Notes under the pieces: model-generated
What the model was told of the DNA's origin: nothing
What the model saw: the letters and a program-made list of their open reading frames with translations, nothing else
The model's database searches: none
In this document: one piece after another, positions 57,096-64,000 of the stretch
How positions within the stretch are numbered: the first letter of the stretch is position 1
Layout: each line of letters begins with the position of its first letter
Made by a program: the position numbers and the translations under genes
Assembly (NCBI GenBank): GCA_938004065.1
Contig: CALKWM010000013.1
Span: 75,914 to 139,913 of the forward strand
Length of the DNA stretch: 64,000 nucleotides
Direction: 5' to 3'
From: an uncultured bacterium
GTDB lineage: Bacteria; Patescibacteriota; JAHJAL01

Positions 57096-58841
57096 TTGAT
57101 GAATAAAGATGTGAGGAAAATCTATATCGGTGTGGCATGGCCGTATGTCAATGGTGATCAACACGTGGGTCATCTGGCCGGGTATTTGTTGCCGGCGGAT
57201 ATCATGGCCCGGTATTTCCGGTTGCGGGGGGATGATGTGCTGATGGTTTCCGGTTCCGATTGTTATGGCACTCCGATCACATTGGAGGCCGATAAACTGG
57301 GAATAAGTTACGAAGAAGTAGTAAATAAATATCATCCCAGTGACATAATGATGTTTAAAAAATTTGATTTGAGTTACAATTTGTACACAAAGACGACAAC
57401 CAAAAATCATTCTCAAGTCGTGCAAGAATTGTTTTTGAGGTTATTGGAAAACGGCTTTATCAATATTAAAACACAATTGCAGTATTACTCGGCGATTGAT
57501 GATAAATTTCTACCAGATAGATATGTAGAGGGTATTTGTCCGTATTGCAGTAGTGTCGAGCAGAGAGGTGATCAGTGTGAAAAATGCGGCAAGATGATTG
57601 AGTCCGGGGCTTTGATCGATCCGGTGAGTAAAATTACCGGCCAAAAAGTGGAATTAAAAGAATCAGATCACTACTATCTGGATTTATCGAGGTTGAATGA
57701 CAAAATAGAAAAATTTGTTGATGATCACCAGGGGATTTGGCGGAAATGGGTTTATGCCGAGGCCAAAGGATGGATCAAGGAAGGTTTGCATGAAAGAGCT
57801 ATCACTCGGGATATTGATTGGGGAGTTAAATTGCCGACAGACAAGATATCGGAAGATATGATGTTGACCAATGTTGAAAACAAAAGGTTTTACGTTTGGT
57901 TTGATGCGGTAACCGGGTATTTGTCAGCGGCCAGAGAGTGGTCAAAGACAGATGAGAGAAATGATGATATAATTTTCAATGTTTTTGATGGTCAGGATCG
58001 TGATTGGCGAAACTGGTGGCAAAACAGTGAAGCGAGACATTTTTATTTTCTTGGTCAGGATAATCTGGTTTTTCATACCTTGATGTGGCCGGCACAGTTG
58101 ATGGGAGCGGATGAAAATTTAAATTTACCGTACAATGTAGTAACCAGTAAATTCATGAATTTGGAAGGCAAGAAATTTAGCAAAAGTCGTAATTGGACTA
58201 TTTCTCCCATGGATTTGGCGGCTGAGTTCGGAGTGGATGCGGTTAGATATTATGTGGCCTCGGTGTTGCCGGAAAACAAAGAGGCGGATTTTACCTGGGA
58301 GTCGTTTATTGACGGGGTAAATAACGAACTGATAGCCAATATTGGCAATTTGGTGAATCGAACATTGGCGTTTTATAACAAACATTGGCGGGGAGAGGAG
58401 ATGGAAGTTGGAGAAATCGATTTGCTTGTAAAAAAGGATATTGATGCGACTTTTTTGATAACTGCCGGACATTTGGAAAAAGCCGAAATTAAAGAAGCGT
58501 TGATGGAAATAATGAAATTGGGATTTTTTGGTAACAAATTTTTTAATGATTCCAAGGTTTGGGAAGTAGTGAAAGATGACAAGGAACAGGCGAAAAAGAT
58601 AATGCAAAATTTGTTGCAGATTTTGGTGGCCTTGTCGGTGCTTTTGATACCTTACATTCCCCAAACCGCTTTTAAATTGCGAGAGTATTTAGGTTTGGAA
58701 GAAGTATTGTTTGAAGTGGGAAACAGTCGATGGCAAATGGCATTGAAAAAGGTAAAGGTGGCAGAAAAAATCGAGCCGTTATTTCAAAAAATCGATCGTG
58801 AAGTAGTGTTGGACGCTAAGAAGGAGAAAATTAAACAATGA
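57096..58841 (+). CDS. metG: methionine--tRNA ligase
   Basis: AWPYVNGDQHVGH, SGSDCYGTPI, Zn knuckles, YVWFDA, KFSKS. Confidence 0.97.
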   Translation: MMNKDVRKIYIGVAWPYVNGDQHVGHLAGYLLPADIMARYFRLRGDDVLMVSGSDCYGTPITLEADKLGISYEEVVNKYHPSDIMMFKKFDLSYNLYTKTTTKNHSQVVQELFLRLLENGFINIKTQLQYYSAIDDKFLPDRYVEGICPYCSSVEQRGDQCEKCGKMIESGALIDPVSKITGQKVELKESDHYYLDLSRLNDKIEKFVDDHQGIWRKWVYAEAKGWIKEGLHERAITRDIDWGVKLPTDKISEDMMLTNVENKRFYVWFDAVTGYLSAAREWSKTDERNDDIIFNVFDGQDRDWRNWWQNSEARHFYFLGQDNLVFHTLMWPAQLMGADENLNLPYNVVTSKFMNLEGKKFSKSRNWTISPMDLAAEFGVDAVRYYVASVLPENKEADFTWESFIDGVNNELIANIGNLVNRTLAFYNKHWRGEEMEVGEIDLLVKKDIDATFLITAGHLEKAEIKEALMEIMKLGFFGNKFFNDSKVWEVVKDDKEQAKKIMQNLLQILVALSVLLIPYIPQTAFKLREYLGLEEVLFEVGNSRWQMALKKVKVAEKIEPLFQKIDREVVLDAKKEKIKQ

Positions 58842-59422
58842 AACAAGATATACAAAAAATAAGTAGAGAATTGAGTTTTGAAGAAAATATTCGTGATTAC
58901 AGATTGAATTTCCAATCCACTTGGGGATTGTTTAGTCCCAAAAAGATAGATGAAGGTTCCAGATTGTTGCTGGACAAGGTCAAAGTCAATGTTAGTGATC
59001 GGATTTTGGATTTGGGGTGCGGATTTGGGGCGTTAGGTGTGGTTTTGGCCAAGATCGCTTTGGAAGGTAGGGTGGATATGATTGACAAGGATTTTGTGGC
59101 GGTTAGGTATGCCAATAAAAATATAAAATTAAATCATATTGTCAATGCCGAGGCCTATCTATCCAATTTGTTTGATCAAATAGAAGAAAACAAAAAATTT
59201 GATTTGATTGTCTCCAATCTGCCGGCCAAAGTGAGCAAAGAAATGTTTTGGATCATGTTTGATGATATGAAAAGATATCTGGACAAAGATGGACGGGTGT
59301 ATTTGGTGATTATCAGAGGATTGAAAAAGTTTATCAAACGCAGTTTGAAAGAAAACTTTGGCAATTGTAAGCGAGTAGCGTATAACAAAAATTATATTTT
59401 GTATATGGCGAAAAAAGAGTAG
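58838..59422 (+). CDS. class I SAM methyltransferase (RsmC/MTS family)
   Basis: GLFSPKKIDEGSRLL, LDLGCGFG, SNLP. Confidence 0.85.
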   Translation: MKQDIQKISRELSFEENIRDYRLNFQSTWGLFSPKKIDEGSRLLLDKVKVNVSDRILDLGCGFGALGVVLAKIALEGRVDMIDKDFVAVRYANKNIKLNHIVNAEAYLSNLFDQIEENKKFDLIVSNLPAKVSKEMFWIMFDDMKRYLDKDGRVYLVIIRGLKKFIKRSLKENFGNCKRVAYNKNYILYMAKKE

Positions 59423-59486
59423 AATTTTTATTGGGAAAAAACCCGCCTTTGCATGATGCATAAGGCGGGGTAAAGAAGGGGGTCTG

Positions 59487-59795
59487 CTAGAGCAGTTGTT
59501 TGGATTGTAGGTGTTCGTGCTCGAATTTTAGACAGTAGTACGTGAAAGTGATGAGTGCAAGATCATCAACTACGGGAATGAATTCAGGACAAACCGTATA
59601 GAAAATGGTGAAAAAGAACAGGAGTTTGAGCCAGAGCGGGCAGTGTTTCGATCGGATGGTGAGATAAGAATTTTTGAGATCAGCTGGCACGGGGATAATT
59701 TTCTTTAATTTGGCGATTGCTAACAAGCAATTCACCTCCCTTCGATTATTTATTTTTATTAAATTGTATTTTTGTTTTAGATTGGATTTTATCAC
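59487..59795 (-). CDS. small protein, DUF1232/YkvA-like
   Basis: PLWLK...Y.VCPEFIPVVDDL. Confidence 0.5.
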   Translation of the reverse strand: MIKSNLKQKYNLIKINNRREVNCLLAIAKLKKIIPVPADLKNSYLTIRSKHCPLWLKLLFFFTIFYTVCPEFIPVVDDLALITFTYYCLKFEHEHLQSKQLL

Positions 59796-59930
59796 AAGAA
59801 AAGATTTTTGTCAAGAGATGTAAAAAAAAGTTTGATAATTAAGATCGTCTGTGTTTAAATAGATATTTTATGAGCTTTTTAAGTTGTTTTATGAGATAAT
59901 TGTATCTGGTAATATTATTAATTTAAAAAA

Positions 59931-60143
59931 ATGAAAGTTAATATTAAAAAAGAAGAGTGTATCGGATGTGGTAGTTGTCAGGCAATGAATGAGAAATTGT
60001 TTATGCTTGATGATGATATGAAATCGGAATATATCGGGGATGAAAATGTTTCGATCGATGAAGTTTTGGATGTGGCGAAGGTTTGCCCGGTGTTAGCGAT
60101 TGAGGTGTTTGATGATGAGGGGAAGAGGGTGTATCCGGAATAG
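59931..60143 (+). CDS. ferredoxin
   Basis: ECIGCGSC...VCPVLAI. Confidence 0.9.
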   Translation: MKVNIKKEECIGCGSCQAMNEKLFMLDDDMKSEYIGDENVSIDEVLDVAKVCPVLAIEVFDDEGKRVYPE

Positions 60144-60375
60144 AAAAAACTTTTCAAACTTAAAAAGTAGTTAATTGACTAAGTTGTGAAAAAATTTTTT
60201 AGTTTTTATTTCTCCAGGGAGATCTATCCTGAATAAATAAATGTTTAGTCGGACATATTTTGTAGGTTTGTTGTTGTTTTATTGAATTTTTGTTAATTGA
60301 TCTAATCCTTCCGAAATTAAAAACTAAAAAATTTTAAAAAGTAAAACTGATATTTATTTTTTTTAAAAAACTGAT

Positions 60376-61296
60376 ATGAAAAATTTTATTGTTTTGTTTT
60401 TGATGTTGTTTGTATTTTTAATAAGTGGTTGTAACGTTTTGCCGACGGCGGAGGATGGCAAATTGTCGGTAGTAACGACGATTTTTCCATTGTCGGATAT
60501 TGTTTCCAGATTGGGTGGAGACGCGGTGAGTGTAAAGAGTTTGATACCGTCCGGGACTTCGCCGCATTTATACGAACCCTTGCCATCCGATATCCAAACT
60601 TTGAACAATGCTGACTTGGTGGTAATGGTGGGAGCCGGTTTTGATGATTGGATCAAAGAAATGATGAAAAATTCGGGAATTGACGAGGCCAAGATTATGG
60701 ATTTGAGTGATTTTGTCAGTTTGCAAAATTTCCCCGGGGATAGTGCTCAACCGCAAGAAGGAGAGATAGTAATAGATGCCGATTCAGAAAAGGTTGATCC
60801 ACATTATTGGGTTAGTCCAAAACGGGTGTTGGAATTTTTGGACGACCTAAAAGATAGATTGAAAGAAATTGATTCGGATAATTCCGGAGTATATGAGGGG
60901 AGATTTGATAGTTATAACAATGAAATAACGGCACTAGATCAGGAACTAAATGAGAAAATCAGTGGTTTTGGAAAAAAAGATATTGTATTATTGCATGACG
61001 CATTTGGATATTTGGCCCGGGATTATGGTTTAAATATCGTGGCGACCATCGAGCCCGTGACGGGTGGAGAACCAACCGTTTCGGATATAGAAAATGTGGT
61101 GGCAAAGATAAAGGAATTGGATATAAAAGTAATTTTTGCCGAACCGGAGATGTCCAAGAAAATGGCGGAAACGATTGCCGAAGATGCCCAAGTGGTGGTG
61201 GCTGATTTGGATCCGTTGGGTGGGATAGAAGCTCGTTTGACTTATGTGAGCATAGTTAAATACAATTTATTGCAATTGGCCAAGTATCTCAAATAA
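60376..61296 (+). CDS. znuA: Zn/Mn ABC transporter substrate-binding lipoprotein
   Basis: Lipobox ISGC, SPHLYEP, DPHYW, HDAFGY, LDPL. Confidence 0.88.
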   Translation: MKNFIVLFLMLFVFLISGCNVLPTAEDGKLSVVTTIFPLSDIVSRLGGDAVSVKSLIPSGTSPHLYEPLPSDIQTLNNADLVVMVGAGFDDWIKEMMKNSGIDEAKIMDLSDFVSLQNFPGDSAQPQEGEIVIDADSEKVDPHYWVSPKRVLEFLDDLKDRLKEIDSDNSGVYEGRFDSYNNEITALDQELNEKISGFGKKDIVLLHDAFGYLARDYGLNIVATIEPVTGGEPTVSDIENVVAKIKELDIKVIFAEPEMSKKMAETIAEDAQVVVADLDPLGGIEARLTYVSIVKYNLLQLAKYLK

Positions 61297-61302
61297 TTTT
61301 AT

Positions 61303-62004
61303 ATGTCAAAAGAGGTTTTAAGAGTTGAAAATTTGAGCGTTTGTTTTGAGGAAAACTGTGTAGTGGACAGGGTTAGTTTTTGTGTTGAAAAGGGAGATTA
61401 TCTGATGATTTTGGGTCCAAATGGTGCCGGTAAAAGTGTACTGATGAAATCTTTGATTGGAGTATTGCCAAAACGAGGCATTGTAAAGTTTTTTGGGAAA
61501 GATATTGATCAGGTTAGATGCAAGATTGGATATGTTCCACAATATGTAGCGGTAGATCGCAATATTCCACTGACAGTTTCGGAAGTGGTTTCGTTAGGAT
61601 TTTTTGGATCGGTTAGGCACGATGAGATTGATAAGCTATTGAAAATGGTGGGGATGAATGGTGCGGGTAGCAAGTTGTTCGGGACGTTGTCCGGGGGACA
61701 AACTAAGCGAGTTTTAATCGCTCGAGCGTTGGCAGCAAGACCAAGAGTAGTTCTTTTGGATGAGCCGTTTGCCGGAATAGATGTGGTGGGTGAAAAATCG
61801 GTTGTGCAACTTTTGGATGATTTGAGAAAAAAGATGAATTTAACAGTTGTGATTATTTCTCATGATTTTTCGCTGGTTTATAAGTCAGCTACTAAAGTTT
61901 TATGTATTAATAAACAAAGAATTTGTTTTGGTTCTCCAGCCAAGATTAATCAAAAAACCATTGAGAAAACATTTGGCAAAGATTTAAATTTTCATGTGCA
62001 TTAG
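61303..62004 (+). CDS. znuC: Zn/Mn ABC transporter ATPase
   Basis: GPNGAGKS, GYVPQ, LSGGQ, LDEP, SHD. Confidence 0.88.
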   Translation: MSKEVLRVENLSVCFEENCVVDRVSFCVEKGDYLMILGPNGAGKSVLMKSLIGVLPKRGIVKFFGKDIDQVRCKIGYVPQYVAVDRNIPLTVSEVVSLGFFGSVRHDEIDKLLKMVGMNGAGSKLFGTLSGGQTKRVLIARALAARPRVVLLDEPFAGIDVVGEKSVVQLLDDLRKKMNLTVVIISHDFSLVYKSATKVLCINKQRICFGSPAKINQKTIEKTFGKDLNFHVH

Positions 62005-62038
62005 TTTGTCGGTAATATTTTTTTAAATTATTATCTAA

Positions 62039-62839
62039 ATGTTGGAAGTTATTTGGCAATATCCATTTTTGCAGCGAGCTTTGATCGCGGCTTTGATAGT
62101 CGGATTGGTTTGTAGCGTGATGGGAGTGTTTGTGGTATTTAACCGAATGGCATTTTTTGCCGATGCGGTAGCGCATAGTGCTTTGGCGGGAATCGCTATC
62201 GGTTTATTGGCCGGTGTATCGACTTTTTGGTCGGCGATGGTGTTTGGGATAGCGGTAGCGTTGGTTTCGATTTATCTTAAATCAAAGGCAAGGTTAAATA
62301 TCGATACGGTGTTGGGACTATTTCTACCTTTTTCGATGGCATTGGGTATATTGTTGCTGGGTTTTCGAGGCAATTATACTCCCGATCTGGTATCGTATTT
62401 GTTTGGCAGTATTTTATCGGTATCATGGTTGGATATTGTGGTTATGATTGTTTTGACTATTGTTGCTTTTTTCTGGTTAAGATTGAATTACAAGAAAATG
62501 TTGGCGATAGTATTTGATCGAGATTTGGCTTATGCATCCGGTATAAAAGTGGAATACACGGAGTATGTGTTTGTGATATTGATGAGTATGATTGTTGTTG
62601 CCAGTATTCAAGTGGTGGGGATTGTATTGGTAGGAGGGTTGATCGTAATTCCGGCAGCGACGGCACGCAATGTGGTAAAAAGTTTTGGTCAGATGATATG
62701 GATGTCTGGTATTTTTGGTATACTGAGTGGATTGTTGGGATTGATTTTGGCATATTATCTGGATATTGCCAGTGGTAGCGCGATTATAATGATAGCGATG
62801 GGATTGTTTATAATTAGTTTTATTTTTAGAAGCAAATAA
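62039..62839 (+). CDS. znuB: Zn/Mn ABC transporter permease
   Basis: AFFADAVAHSALAG, YLFGSIL, IPAATA. Confidence 0.88.
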   Translation: MLEVIWQYPFLQRALIAALIVGLVCSVMGVFVVFNRMAFFADAVAHSALAGIAIGLLAGVSTFWSAMVFGIAVALVSIYLKSKARLNIDTVLGLFLPFSMALGILLLGFRGNYTPDLVSYLFGSILSVSWLDIVVMIVLTIVAFFWLRLNYKKMLAIVFDRDLAYASGIKVEYTEYVFVILMSMIVVASIQVVGIVLVGGLIVIPAATARNVVKSFGQMIWMSGIFGILSGLLGLILAYYLDIASGSAIIMIAMGLFIISFIFRSK

Positions 62840-62853
62840 TTGGGAGGAAAAAT

Positions 62854-63873
62854 ATGAAGATTGTATTTGGTGAGATAAAAAAAAGATGTGATGATTTGGA
62901 TTGGGAGGGCAAATATTTGCGCGAAAATTTGGCTGATCATGAATGTGTGTTTGTTGATAGTGTAGTAAATGATTATAAGGGAGATTTGAGTGAATATGAA
63001 GTTTTGTCAACTTTCATACATACTCAAGTAAATGCTGGTTTATTGGACAGGATGCCAAATTTAAAATTGGTAGCAACCAGATCAACCGGTTTTGATCATA
63101 TCGATTTAACGGAATGTGAAAAGAGGGGAATCAAGGTAACAAATGTACCTTCCTATGGTGAAAATACCGTTGCTGAATATGCGTTTGCTTTGTTATTGAC
63201 TTTGGCGCGACAGATTTATAATGCCTATGATAGAACTATAAAAAGTAATTATAGTTTGGAAGGTTTGATTGGATTTGATTTGCAGGGAAAGGTGATGGGT
63301 GTGGTGGGAGGGGGAAAAATAGGTCAGCATACGATAAAAATTGCCAAAGGTTTTGGGATGAGAGTATTGGTGTTTGATGTAACAAAAAACGATGAATTGG
63401 CTCGGGAGCTTGGTTTTGAATATGTGGAATTGGATCGTTTGTATGAATTAAGTGACGTGATAAGTTTACATGTGCCTTTGATACCACCAACCAAACATAT
63501 GATCAATGCGGAGGCATTTGCCAAAATGAAAGATGGGGTGATATTGCTCAATACTTCCAGGGGAGGAGTGGTGAATACCAAAGCTTTGATACAGGCATTG
63601 GAGTCGGGGAAATTGGGTGGAGCCGGTTTGGATGTTTTGGAGGGAGAAGAATGGTTGGCGGATGAATTGGATTTGGTAGATGAAGAGATGGATATTGAGA
63701 AGATTAGAAATGCTTTGGCCAATCATATAATGATGGATAATCCCAAGGTGATAGTAACTTTTCATAATGCGTTCAATACTGTAGAGGGGATAACGAGGAT
63801 ACTGGCGACGACGGTTGCCAATATCGAAGATTATCAAAAAGGAGAGGTGGTGCGGGAGGTGAAAAAGAAATAA
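62854..63873 (+). CDS. D-isomer-specific 2-hydroxyacid dehydrogenase (D-lactate dehydrogenase-like)
   Basis: RSTGFDHID, NVPSYG, GGGKIG, NTSRG, GLDVLEGE, HNAF. Confidence 0.9.
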   Translation: MKIVFGEIKKRCDDLDWEGKYLRENLADHECVFVDSVVNDYKGDLSEYEVLSTFIHTQVNAGLLDRMPNLKLVATRSTGFDHIDLTECEKRGIKVTNVPSYGENTVAEYAFALLLTLARQIYNAYDRTIKSNYSLEGLIGFDLQGKVMGVVGGGKIGQHTIKIAKGFGMRVLVFDVTKNDELARELGFEYVELDRLYELSDVISLHVPLIPPTKHMINAEAFAKMKDGVILLNTSRGGVVNTKALIQALESGKLGGAGLDVLEGEEWLADELDLVDEEMDIEKIRNALANHIMMDNPKVIVTFHNAFNTVEGITRILATTVANIEDYQKGEVVREVKKK

Positions 63874-63903
63874 TGACCAATTACTGATTTAAAAGTAAAT
63901 TAA

Positions 63904-64000
63904 TGAGTAGTGCTAATTAATTTTCTTATCTGTCATCCTCGAATCGAAAGCCATTTTAAGGCGTTTCGATATCGGGGATCTATACCATATTTCTTATTTT
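63904..64000. mobile_element. MITE-like repeat family A, copy 3 (inverted, runs off window)
   Basis: TGAGTAGTGCTA...TTATCTGTCATCCTCGA...ATCGGGGATC..ACCATATTTCTT is the reverse complement of the copy 1 core. Confidence 0.65.

Overview
AT-rich bacterial chromosome segment using code 11. The gene content (short rpoD with a Lys-rich N-terminus, NBR1-Ig/SpoIID protein, serine recombinase overlapping a tRNA, many small hypotheticals) suggests a Patescibacteria/CPR genome; this is an inference. The left ~17.7 kb is mostly housekeeping: a 2H/DHH/HD phosphoesterase fusion, SpoIID, FtsB/DivIC, tRNA-Ser, RRM protein, rlmD, rsmE, dnaG, rpoD. At tRNA-Asn (17783-17854) a ~25.5 kb composite island begins. 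One large serine recombinase reads into the tRNA, and five related att-like repeats (28308, 29241, 33615, 39989, 43330) divide the cargo into modules: replication plus defence-like genes, a membrane protein, TetR/lipase/ABC, a complete diversity-generating retroelement (DGR), and VTC-DUF4956-CotH. The DGR has two target genes with identical VRs, a 131-bp TR that differs from them only at adenines (24 sites), an antisense avd and an RT. The main finding is that avd and RT overlap head-to-head across a (GA)9 microsatellite. At its current length it frameshifts both genes from their natural ATGs, and loss of one GA unit restores both at once, making it a candidate phase-variable ON/OFF switch for hypermutation. 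The right ~20 kb has metal/redox genes (CDF, CsoR-like repressor with operator, TsoY-like, trxA, peroxiredoxin, ferredoxins), metG, a Zn/Mn ABC transporter and a D-2-hydroxyacid dehydrogenase. MITEs, short GC palindromes and heptamer micro-repeats are scattered through the window, including inside genes. All alignments and counts were done by eye; no database searches were run.
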